DNA of 64,000 bases from the NCBI GenBank assembly GCA_964187785.1, contig OZ076409.1, forward strand, positions 11,844,001-11,908,000. Direction: 5' to 3'. Made by a program: the position numbers and the translations under genes. How positions within the stretch are numbered: the first letter of the stretch is position 1; the number at the start of each line of letters is the position of its first letter. The notes under the pieces were generated by a model. That model saw only the letters and a program-made list of their open reading frames with translations, was not told where the DNA came from and searched no databases. Below, piece after piece: positions 10,013 to 21,673 of this stretch. Source of the stretch: Amphiscolops sp. MND2022. Its lineage: Eukaryota.

Positions 10013-13000
10013 TTAGTTCTTAGAAGATCCCTGGACAAGTTTCTTGGAGGCGGACGAGATAGTGGAACTACTGCTGCCCATTCTTTTCCGTTGGGTCCGG
10101 GAAGGAAACTTTACGGCAAGAGTCATCCGGCACGGAAGAGGCAGTTCCTTTCCCCAGACGAACAGCCCGAGTGGGGGAAACAGCAGTGACGGCCTTATAG
10201 GAGGCAAGAAGGCTCTTGTAGATCTTGGACCTACCGAACTCATCCACAAAGGTCCATGGATCGTAATCAGGGGAGAAAGCGGAACGCTCGAAGGAAGAAC
10301 TGAATTGGCATCAGAGCAACAATACGAAATGGAATCAGGCACGCAAGAAAGGTAACTCTGACAGGGCACTACCAGGTCAGCAAAACGGCCTCGGTGTCCA
10401 AAAGTGTCAACACTCCCAAAAGATACTGGAGGATATTGGGGACTTTGACCTGTCAAACACAAGCAGCACAGCTTGAAGAGATGGAAAATGTGCTCATGAG
10501 TTTGAAAAAACTCGAGCCGCATCAGGAAGTCTATGAGGTCACTGGAATTTTCCTTGAAATCAAAATCTGGAGGATAATTGACTCGCAGGTGATCCAACAA
10601 AGCCAAATACTCATCTCGACAGATGTTCTCATTCTCACTGGAGACCCAAGAACGAAGCTGAAAGGTCGAGTGTAGCACCTCAAAATGCCGGAGTCCGACC
10701 TCAGTCGGCCTCTTGAAAAGGACAAAAGGGTCAAAGGCGGCCAACCCCTTGATCACCTCGGAACTCAGGCCGGCTTGGTTGAGGACCTGCTTGATCAGGT
10801 ACTGAATGAAGTGCAGTCCCTCTTTGATAAAACTGCTAGTTGTTTCTGCAGCTGTCTTATCAATGGCGGCCTTCTCGGATTTTTTGTTCAGATGAACAAC
10901 ATCAGCACACTGTTTGCTGGCAGTAGCTATCCGATTTGTCAATCGGTGCCGGATAAGGAAATCTTCCTCACTGATGAACTTTCCTTCGCTCACGTCGAAA
11001 TTAAGGAGAAGGAACCACGAATTCTCGAGAGGGATGGTTTCTGGCAAGTAGCATCTGGCGCATAGCTTGGAGACGAAACGACAGACTTCTCCACAGAGGA
11101 AAAATGACGCATCTCGTCGGCCTTGCAGATTGACAACGAAACTGGAAACATCTGGAAATACAACGGACAAGATCATGAAAGGAACAAAATGTTCACGTGA
11201 ACCCATGACAATATGCCTACTATGCTAGTAGCCCAAAGAATCAAGGACCGTCCAGATAATGCCCTAAAGTATCGATATGGACATGTAGCGGTATACTCAC
11301 AATCACTGATTATGCGTTGGAAGAGTTTCAACTTGACGACGAAGAAAGAGTCGCAGCTGAGAGACCACTCGAAACTCTGCACTTGATTGTGGACCCCCTG
11401 CATTCCTTGATGTGGAGTGTGTGATGTCAAGTACTGCCTGACTGCCTTCCAATGTTTTACGAGTTCCCGGCAGAGGTTGGGTAAATTCGGCAAGTCCAGT
11501 TTGCAAGTATCAATGGCCTAAACGAACCCAAATTGTCTTTTGCCCGTACCTACCCCCTAACCCTTTGCGCCTTATGTTTGAACTTAATATACTAACTTGT
11601 GCTAGCTCAGGGGATTGCAGGACCCAGTCCTCGCCAGTAGCTGCTCCAAGTGAAACCATGAGGCATTTCAGAACAGAGAAGAAGTCTATTCTGCCAAACA
11701 CACTGTAAGTTGGCTTGTGCATCATCTTCTGGAGCTGCAGGTGCTCGAAGCGAAAGCAACTCTGGACAGAGGGAACCAGAGGGAAGAAAGCATTATGGTC
11801 GATAGTCTGGATCAGCTCCACTGGACATCCTGAGCAAGCAACTATATCGGCCTTGGTGGACACTACTGAGAGAAGTCGGGAAAGAGACCCCAGCTCCCCA
11901 GTGAGATCAGAGGAAGGAAGCCCACTCCGGCACACGTAGATTCGACAGAGAGTGTCGCCCTTCCAGAATTTGACAGACATGAGTCTGTTCACGCCCTCAT
12001 CCTCAAACTCGATGGCAAAGTGCTGTGTGGTAGCCATCTGCTCCGCTAAATCATTCATTGCACAATTGAAAATGTGCTGGAAGATGGCCTGGAAAGGAAA
12101 AGGAGGATTACGAAATGTGTGGAGGGCTTTAGCCTCCCTCAAGCAGTACGCAAACTCAAAAGAGAACTTACCGAAATTCTTTCCTCGCCCCAATCGAAGT
12201 CGCAGTAGCTGATCTGGTAATTGGTCAAAGAGCCTATTTGAGACCACAATTTGCGGAGCATTCCAATATCTCCAAGTTGTTGTACGAAGTTCCCGATGAG
12301 ATGGATCTGCGTCTTGGCCCTTGATTCAGGGGTGACAAGTGTGGTTGACGTACCTTTTATGAAATCATCATGAAAAGGGAAGCGTTCTCCGATGTCCACC
12401 AGCTCGACGTGCATGAAGTGGCGCATCTCCTTTGCCAACTCTATCTCTGAAAGGATCTTCCCATTACGGCCTCTCACTCGATGTTGCACTTTTCCGGACA
12501 CGGAGTGGACGCTTTTAAGGTGCTCGTAGCGCCATCTTTGATCCCGTCGGAGGTGCTTCTCAGTCCTGTGGTGTCGCAAGATTTCTAAAGTCCCCTTAGT
12601 TTTCACGGAGATATTCTTTTTGCATATATGGCACCACACCATATATGGATTGTGAAGGGGATCTGCTGGTCCGGAAATGAATGAGCGCGTCCAACCGATC
12701 TTAGAGAAGAACTCCTCTCTCATAGGGACACCTCGAGTCTGCTTGCGTCGCTTCCTTTTGGGCGCTTTACCCGAACTTGAAGCCAAAGGCGGGGCGGGAG
12801 AAGTTTGAGTCCGCAACTCAGAAAGAGTGGCATCAAGGCTTGACTGCTCCGCAGATTCAAAGCCTGCTTGGGAGGGATCGACTTGTGTAGTTTTGCGGGA
12901 AGTTGAAGCAGGTCTGAAAGGCTCCTTGAAGGCCTGTGAGATGAGAGCCATCTCCCCAGAACTATCAGTATCGTTGGAGGAGTCCAGCCCTCTGTCTTCT

Positions 13001-14383
13001 TGCCCTGAACTTGATCCAGCAGACGTATCGGTTCCCGATTCAGGAAAATTCTCAGAGCGTGAGCTGTCTTCAGAATCGCTATGCAGACCAGGTCCTGGAG
13101 TTTGGGCTCTTGGCCTGACTCGGAAATGATCAGTTCGGGAACTGGAAGTGACCGGCGCTCCGCGAACTGCCCCAATCACCATCTGTTCCATGGCAGTAAA
13201 GGACATTTTCAACGTCTCATCAGTAAGAACTCTCAAAAGATGATATACTTGTGGCTCAGTAAAAGCCACTGTTCTATGGCCGAGAGGGAAATTGATGGTG
13301 GTAGCATCCTCATCAAAGTACTGTTTTAAAATGGCCCGGCTGCGGCCGGAGAGCTCCGTGACTTTGGAATCTTGCCCTGCAGGCGTTGACGTTGACGGAC
13401 GCATGATATCGGGACGATGGATAGAAGTATCAACTGATGATTCTCCTGCAGTTTCAGTCACATTTCCTACTGGCTGGAAATTGTATAGGGCAGGTCCACT
13501 TGCCTGGCTGGATGTGTCACCGGCTTCCTCAGTCCCAGTCACGTCGTCCAAATATATCACATTCGTGACTCCCGTTGGCAGTTTGGGGGCATCACATACA
13601 GAGGAACTCTCATCAGTCTCATGCTGAAGGAATGACGCTGCTGACACGTTGGCAGAAGTTCCGCAAGTTGTCAACAACTCTGGCAATGCCGTCAGAGAGG
13701 AGGGAGCAATCGTTAGACCGGCTTCTAGTTGTGTTAAATTCAGCCCTGCAGACTCACTGGGCAAGTTCTTGGTTGGAGTGCTAGTTTGGAAAAACAATGT
13801 ATGATTTTGGGGTTCAATCCCAGCAGCAGACGGACCTTCAGTGGCACTCTCTTCAATCTCCTGTTCCCTGATTTCGGAACCCTTGGCAACTTGTCCCTCT
13901 TCCTGTTCCTGGGCTTGTTCAAGAAACAGAACTTTCTCATCCGCATACGCAGTAACGTCAACGTTACTGTCAGGACTGCCAGGCGACCTCGGAGGTCTTG
14001 TTGGTGGGAAGGGTGGAGGCGATGGTTGCGGCCTACGGACAACGTTGGACACTCCTGCAGAAGTAGTAGTCAGGACACGCTCGCTGGGAATATCTGCTGA
14101 TGTGTTGGCTTGGGCTTGAGGATCATCTCCTGGCTGATTTGCTAAACAAAAACAGATGAAATTTGGCGGTGAGCTTCCTTGAAAGAAATCCATTTCACCG
14201 CATTAGAAAACTTCCGGAAGTGCTTGAAAATTTGAATGGAAACGTTATCACGTGTTCATTGACGGAAACAGGAAGCATTTTGTGAACAAATTTAACCCTG
14301 ATCAAGTTAGATTTTTCAAAGATCTAGATTTAGATCAAGATTTAGTTCAAAAATAAAACAAACCAACCTTCAGACGAAGACAT
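10013..14383 (-). CDS. Antisense five-exon accessory gene, 1277 aa model: low-complexity N-terminus, BED-type zinc finger and hAT-transposase-like body. Exons 14383-14368, 14141-12172, 12088-11597, 11517-11301, 11151-10013
   Basis: Four GT-AG introns (donors GTTGGT, GTAAGT, GTTAGT, GTGAGT) are phase-compatible, and the exons total 3834 nt with no internal stop. Zinc finger W...WCHICKK...LRHHRTEKH. Confidence 0.8.
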
Positions 14384-15272
14384 TCTGGGGCAAGACTGAT
14401 TGTAGGGAATGAGTCCTTGTTCGGCTGTAATGGATAAGGGAACTTGGCCGAGTCCGGCTGAAGAAGGAGATCCGGGATATTCCAAAGAGAAGAGCTGACG
14501 GAAGAAGAGCTGGACGTACAAGGATGAATCTCAGTTGGAAGAATACAAATGAAAGAAACAAATGTAGAGTAATCAGAAATGGAATTGGATTGGAATTTTA
14601 ATGTAAGAGAATTGAAGAGTTGGAGTTCGTGGCTGAAGAATATTACCAGACTAATATTATGGATTATCTACATATTGATTCTGTACATGGAGTCTGCCAG
14701 CGAAGTGTACAAAGAACTTTGTTATTTACAGCTTATTTAGTTTGAGGCCGGTTATGGTCGTTTGCCCTGTTTTGTTTTGCCGTTCCGTTCAGTTGTCTTA
14801 GTTACCTTTTAGTTAGAATTTTCGCCATCTTGGATTACTTGGATTTATTATTTTCGCCATTTTTATTATTTAATTTTGCAATTTATCGAAGCTTAAAGCT
14901 GATTGGCTGAAGCCATTTTGAAAGAATTCCGCGTCGCGTGCCGTTAAGCGCTCTCAGGCAAACTGTTAATTACCCACTTGAAACGGGTGAAGATAATATT
15001 TACAACTCAAGCGTCATTAACACCTCTCAGAGTGATGGTGCTGATAGGGGGTAAACACTGAGTTATCAAAGGATGCCGACTAATTATAAAATTCCATTCA
15101 GGAATGTTAACGTCGGATCAGGGCGATTTACCGATAACTCGACCGCCAAAAACGAATTGCCGGGAAAAAGCCCGAGTCGACTAAATTTTTGAGTTGGTAA
15201 ATTCATTCCACTTTGAAATCTCACTCAAGCTAGTTAACTTTCCCAATCAGCAAAATTGCTAAGAAACTCATA

Positions 15273-16055
15273 ATGCAGAGGTATAACCTAACTAAAAAGC
15301 TCTTTGATCTTGAAGAAGACTCAGAAAGTTCAGTGGATTCAGTTATCTACATCTCAAGTGACAGTGAGAATGAAGTCTCAAGTTCCTGGGACTCAGACTG
15401 GTCCACGGATACAGAAGAGATCATAGAAAGAATAGAACGAGAGGTGAAAGCAGCTCCAATCCCTATAGCGAGACGCGGGATGACGACGGAAGATTTAGAC
15501 GACGAGATGACAGCTGGACCAAGCAGTGCATGGCCTGTTCCGCCCTCTACCCCTAAACTGGGATTCGAGTATTTTAACAAGGAAATGTGCTTGGCTCCAT
15601 CGAAAAAACAAAGAAAATCAAAAGTCGAGCTCTGTGCAACTGTTACCCGTTCTGCAGTCCCCACAGTCTCCTCCCGACCATGAAAGGGGACCGAGCATTG
15701 ACACCCCTCTTGCGCAGTCAACCTCTGGATCTTTCTATGCGTCCTATCATGTGCAAAATATCGAGCCTTACCAGGATGTGAGCCAAAATTTGCACACAGG
15801 CTGTATGGTATGTGGCAAGTCGAGAGATCAAATAAAAGCAGAAAAGGTGAACTGGTACATGCAAAGATCGACACCTAGCAGTAAGCCGCTTATATTACCG
15901 CTCTACGACGAGAGGCTTATGAAAATGGCTTGAACGCAGGAAGCTTACTTTTCCTAACACCCGCAGTGTCGCAGGCTGCCGCCTGTGATGGTACAAGGAT
16001 CACTACTACCGCAGAAGGACAGGAAATAGCGGCCGGAACTCTACCAATATATTAG
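15273..16055 (+). pseudogene. Sense accessory ORF of unknown function (acidic Ser-rich N-terminus, CMVC motif), two frameshifts, ending 89 nt inside the 3' LTR
   Basis: The C-terminus AYITALRREAYENGLNAGSLLFLTPAVSQAAACDGTRITTTAEGQEIAAGTLPIY* is conserved at protein level in the copies at 62020-62150 (-) and 57547-57635 (+). Confidence 0.75.
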
Positions 16056-17883
16056 AGGTAAACATTAAAAACACAAACTTTGCTATTATTTTTTAGTCTA
16101 CAAGTTGTACCTGTTATCGTTGCAAATTTTACACTTAGTATATAGTTTGCTGATATTAGTCCGTTAATGCCAACATTTGAAAATTCAGATGATGTATTGA
16201 TAATTGTAAGAGCTAGAAGTGCAGTATGAACACGCTGTTATAGCAATAGATAGGCAGCTAGAAAGCGTAAAGGAAACGAGTTCAAGTGAACGTAACTCCA
16301 ATTCCGGAGACGTCACTTGAGCTCAACCTGTTAGCCAATCATATTCATCCATTTGAGTAATAGTAGTGCTGTATTTAATTAATGGCCGGTTTAGGCCATA
16401 TGCCGGAATTTCATCTTTATCTATTGGCGCTTTAGTCAAACGGCCGGTTCCGGCCTTAATGTTCAGATGAAAGAATATTAGTGCAAGCACTGTTGCGTTT
16501 CGTTAAATAGTAGTCTAATCACGTTGCTGTACTAATTAAACGTTCATTTTAGCTAATTGGCGCTTTATTTTATCCATTCCAATATTAGGCCGAATAAAGC
16601 CATTTGCCTGACTTCTATCCAGTGGCCGGTTAAGGCCCCTTTTCAATACTATTATTCAGATGCTAATTAGAATCATTTAGTGTACTTTAAATGTCATGTA
16701 TAGTTACAAGTACGTCGTAAAGACTCATGTAACTCTTGAAATTAATTGATGTAATCAATACCAATGTATGATGTTGCTACCAATATTAGTTCAAAGGACA
16801 TGTCTGACCATATTTACTAGTTGACACGTGGAATCTGTGTGCATATTATATAAAGGAAAATATGTGCTGTTACATGTAACATTGCTGTATACAAGTTGAT
16901 CTAGCCTGCTAACGGGGCACGTGCCGACACGAGATTGTCAGCATTCCTGAAATATTAGCGGCGTAAACATTTTAATCGATGCTATTTGATGTACCGTGTG
17001 CCTTTTTGAATACTTGTTATAGTTGTCAAAACAGGAATTTGATCGGCCGCGTGACCTTACGATCACGATTCGGCGGCACTTTGATGCTTACATAGTCGAG
17101 TTAAGTCAGGTGCTTTCGGAATGTGTTTGTAACATTTTTTGGCTGTTTGCATCATGTTTATCCCGCCCAAGGAAGTATATATAGGGGCAACTTCCTTTGG
17201 GTGGACACAATCTTGTTTTGCTCCTAATACTCAGTTGATAACACTTTTCCGTTAACGACCACCAATTCTGTTTTCCGGTTCTGATAATTTAACTATTCAA
17301 CCCGGTTTAGTCTTGATGCCTACTACTAGAAAACAAAAGAAGGCTGGGAAATCTAGAGGATTGGAAATTCTCTCTGATATTGAAAACCTTGATATAATGT
17401 TAGGAGAGAACCATTTTGATGGAACAGAAAGAGACGAAAGTCTCGAAAGGACACCTATCAGGAGACAAGAAAGTGTCACTAGCAATAACTTAGAAAATGA
17501 AGGACTAGGCCCTTATGCCGATTATGGAAACCATAGGGTCGGGACTAGTGCCATTCATGACCAGAATTCAGCAAGTGTAGATTCTCAAGCTGAGATTAAC
17601 AAACTGTCGAGCGAGTTGAACTCCAGAATATCTAGGGAGATGGATGAGATGATGAATAGTGTCAGTTCTCAAATCCAAAGTGCTATAAATGATGCCATTT
17701 ATAACCAGGTTTTACCCCAAATCCAGGACGTTATTATGGACGGCTCAGGACAGGAGACTAGAAGGGGATGGGAGAGATCCGATGAGAGACCGGAAAGTTA
17801 TTCCGAAGTTCAGCACAACGTGAAAGCTAAAACTACTCTCAACAGTGAACACGGTGACAAAAACCACCGTAATGTTCACGACA
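15967..17883 (+). repeat. 3' LTR of element 1 (1917 bp), carrying a second copy of the gag N-terminus (ORF 17316-17963)
   Basis: Direct repeat of 1487-3425. Confidence 0.97.
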
Positions 17884-18149
17884 GTTTGGTACATGACTTA
17901 TTGTTGGAAAATAATTACCGTAGAACATGTTTAAAGCTTGAGGCTTCTACGTTTTTTTGCTAGCAAAGCTTTTCATTTGATCATCTTCTGTTTCTGTTGC
18001 AGAGAGGTAAAATGATAATCTCATTAAAATCTGGATATCATTCATTATCCGAGATAAAAATAAATTGTTTTTGAATGGCCTCATTGATTCCCTAACCTAG
18101 GATAAGAGACATAGCAGGGCAACAATCGAACTCTGTACCATTTTTGCAG

Positions 18150-18324
18150 GTACTCTCCTGTTAACAACACTTGGGAGACTATTTCCAACATGCGAGTACC
18201 ACGTATTGATTGTGGAGTATGCTTGATGGGTGATAGAATCTATGTGGTGGGAGGATACTGTAACAAAGATGAAGATCGGGAGACAGTGGAGGTGTACAAC
18301 CCTGATACAGATGTGTGGACTGAA
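18150..18324 (+). CDS. Host internal exon encoding a Kelch repeat (Kelch-domain protein)
   Basis: Acceptor TTTTTGCAG and donor GTAAGT. Translation YSPVNNTWETISNMRVPRIDCGVCLMGDRIYVVGGY...VEVYNPDTDVWTE fits the Kelch consensus. Confidence 0.9.
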
Positions 18325-18759
18325 GTAAGTCGAGCTTGGTATCCGTTGATAATTTTGTTCAACTTTCCGAGCGGTAAATGTGCTCGTTCATGCCTCCGAA
18401 TCTCAGTATGATCAGCGAAAAGTGATTCACAGCTATTATTGGGGGCATTAGAATACCATTGTTTAGTTAAGCACGAAGTTGAAGGAAACTCCCAACTAGC
18501 ACACTCGATGATTTGGATTGTTGAACACTAATACGCGTGAGTGTGAATCCAATGTTTGAAAAGTACTCGCAGGCTCCCCTTTTCTTGCCTTGTCTGGGAA
18601 ATTGATGCCGAATTTCTCGGAGAGAAAGAGCTCCATTGATTGATTAAAGTTGGACAATCTGCTGACATTAAGTTCATCCTTTTGGTGAATTGACTGGCAC
18701 TCCAAATCTTCGCTCAATCACTTTTTCAACGGAGTTCAACGGCTATTAAAGAACGTAAG

Positions 18760-20673
18760 TGTCACGACCTGCACCGGTCGTAATTTTACTTGCTGCTCTG
18801 GAAAACCGGGATTCGGCAGAGGACACGGACAAGGGCAGAGTAAATACTTTTAAACTTTGTTAAACTAATCCAATTCTACTTACAGTACAGCTAAATAAGT
18901 GCGAATAATTTTCCAAATACAGAATTCAACGTAAGCGTTACGGAAGATTTTCAGAAATGACTTTAAACTAGCTAAAACTTCCGGTCTAATGTTTTCACAC
19001 GCAACACCGTTTTAGTTCCGGTTTTATCTTCTGAGTTTTCCATTCCAATCTAAATACTAAAACAAAAACATTTTTGCAAACGGGATAATTTTGGCGCTCC
19101 ACACTAAAAAGAAAGCACAGAAACGACATTTAACTCCGAGATCCCAACGGAGTCCATAAGATCTAAAATGAAAGAGCATACAAAAATAGAGTGGAAATGT
19201 ATTCCAATATTGAAGTAGTTGTTAAATATCCACTTAAAACCGCAGTCAAGTGATTTTAAGTAAAAGTTTACAACGTTATGACAGCGTCACTCAACTAGGC
19301 TAGCAACAGGTGTTTCTATTTTTACGGACCAATAGCGTCGCTCGCTGGCGGAATTATCTGAGCTCAATCCAATAGAATTGCGCTTGGTTGCCCCTAGCAA
19401 CGCTTACAAGCTAAGAAAAGAGAATAGAATCGCCTACGCTCTCCGTTTTCATTCGCCTGCTATTGCTGCTCAACTATAACCAATCTTAATACGTACGGAG
19501 CGCTTACGGAGCGGATTGTAAAATTGTATTCCGCCGCTCAGCTATAAGCAATCTTAATACATACGGAACGCATTCGGAGCAAATTGTAAAAACAGCAATT
19601 ATGAAGTATTGTTCTAAACAGAATTTAAACGGGGTTTTTCTGCATTGACGCATTTTAATGGTTTCAGGAATAACTTTGCATAAGATTTTTACAAATAAGT
19701 ATTTTTGTCGTTTCAAGATGTGTAACAGTGGTTCTAAGGTGTTCTAGTGAAATTCTTTCAGCATCATTTATCCTCTCTAATAACTAGATATTTCCATTAT
19801 CCAAAATTCATAATTCCGTTTCATTTCCGTCGTCATTTTTGAGTGTCATTCTTTTGCTTCGGATCTCAATTTCCTAACTTGAATGCTGACTAATTGATCA
19901 CGCCGGCGTGCCTACGCTGATGAAGATGTCAGCTAGACTTCTATTTTGCCGCAATTTTGAAGCTCAAACAGGAAAAATGAGGATTATCTGAACAAAAATG
20001 ATTTCAACAAAGTTTTACGGAATAGTGACGCAACTAGGAGTCTCGATACCTGAATTTATGACGCCGAGTTGAAATAAGTTGAATCCTTAGCGCTTTTTGT
20101 TGAACAAACCCGATTTTATGATACCTAGGAATTTTTAGGTGAGGAACAAATGATGCTGGGAAGGTATAAATATGTAAAACAAACCTGTTTTGTACCAATT
20201 AGTCCTGTTCCGTTATCGTAACGTGTTCAAAAGAAAACTTAAATCTTTGAAGAATTCAACCTTTCCAAAGATACTTTCTCTCTCTTTTGACTAAAATGAC
20301 AACCAGAAGTCAGAAAAGGAAAGCTGTAGCTGAGCTATTCTCTGGTGATTTTGAAACCTCCGTAAACGAAAACTCCCCGTCTGAAAGCCTTGTAGCTAGT
20401 TCTAGCAAAGTTCCTAGAATAGAACCTGAGAGTCTGACTGAGATAAAAACTCTCTAAGGAAGGAGATTATGTCTGATCTAACTAAAATACTTGCGGAAAA
20501 CCAAAAGGAAATGCTTAAACTGATAGCACTTTTAAACAAGAAACAAACTGTCTACATGAATGCTCAAGACTCGGACTCTGAACCAGAGAATGTCTCCGTA
20601 GCAAGGACGTTTACCCCCGTCAAAATTCATACTGCGACTAACTCTAAAACAACACCGATAAACAGTCGTAACA
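18760..20673 (+). repeat. Putative 5' LTR of element 2 (1914 bp)
   Basis: TGTCACGAC...GTCGTAACA inverted termini (8/9 match), followed by the PBS. Length is similar to the element 1 LTR, but no second copy confirms the left end. Confidence 0.75.
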
Positions 20674-21673
20674 TGGTGACAGGAGTCCTCAATGACTCTA
20701 CCAACCAACCCACGAAAAGATCAAAACAACAGCGCGCATCCAACGAGCAAACAAAAGACCGTCCTTCAACATCTAAAATACTGTTCGCGCCACAACCTCA
20801 AACATTTCCATCTACCAATCTACTTCCGATGCCGAAAGCACACACTGCTTCGCTTCCAGTCTTTTATGGTAAGTCCGAAAAGTTTGAACTTTTTGAGGAC
20901 ATATTCCGAAATAATATCAAAATGTATCCTCACCTAACCGAGATACAAAAGATCAACTACTTCCACTCACTCCTACGAGGAAACGCGCTGCAAGCGTATT
21001 GCAAGAAGTCATAACGGCATTCAAACGTCGTTATGGCGATTTCCAATCATCTGGTAAGGCAAGATGCGAGTGGGACGCGCTGCATTTTGACCCCACTAAA
21101 CAGAAACTCCATGAGTTCCTTGACACCCTGCAAAAAACTGCAAAAGAAGCATTCGGCTTAGAAGCACAAATGTTTATCGATAAAGCAATCTACGCCAAAA
21201 TGCCGGATCACGTCAAGAAAATCCTCAACAGAGCATAATTGGAAGATAACCCCTACAATGACATAGTTTTGCATCTTGAGAGGGAAATGAGATTAAACGG
21301 ACTAGGTGCGCCCGACGAAACAACCCTAGTCCCACTCAACACAGTGGACGCAGTAGTGACGGACGATAAAAAAGACCAACAACAACGAGGTCATTGCTTT
21401 CACTGTGGCAAATATGGCCACTATAAAGCACAGGGTCGCAGACTCCAACGAGAGCGTTACAATATCGCCAAAACAAACACAAAAGACCCAGCCCAAAACG
21501 AAGCACCCAAACCCAAGTGTGACACATGTTGCAAGATGCACAAAACTGAGAACTGTTGGAACGGAGCCAATGCGGCAAATGACCCCGGAAGGAAGAAACG
21601 AGAATTCACGATTCCAACCAACAAAATCAGTGAACAACCTGTACCCAGACTGTCCTCCCAGCCAAAAAACTGA
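20296..21673 (+). pseudogene. gag: gag of element 2 (frameshifted), starting inside the LTR
   Basis: MTTRSQKRK start; FYGKSEKFELFEDIF is homologous to element 1; CFHCGKYGH knuckle. Confidence 0.88.

Larger units (their letters stand above)
1487..17883 (+). mobile_element. Near-complete Ty3/Gypsy LTR retrotransposon, 16,397 bp, with two accessory genes (element 1)
   Basis: Paired LTRs with TGTCG...CGACA ends, PBS, gag with two CCHC knuckles, and pol in PR-RT-RH-IN order. Confidence 0.97.

Noticed and set aside
14142..14193. ATG at 14193 as the start of the 684-aa antisense ORF
   Set aside because: It lies in a predicted intron (branch site and pyrimidine tract), and the homologous ATG in element 3 is followed by an in-frame TAA.
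9800..15200. Antisense gene as an independently nested DNA transposon
   Set aside because: No TIRs or TSD seen, catalytic motifs look altered, and the same arrangement occurs in diverged element 3. Not fully excluded without more copies.
15273..16055. env gene
   Set aside because: No signal peptide, furin site or clear transmembrane helix, and it is too short.
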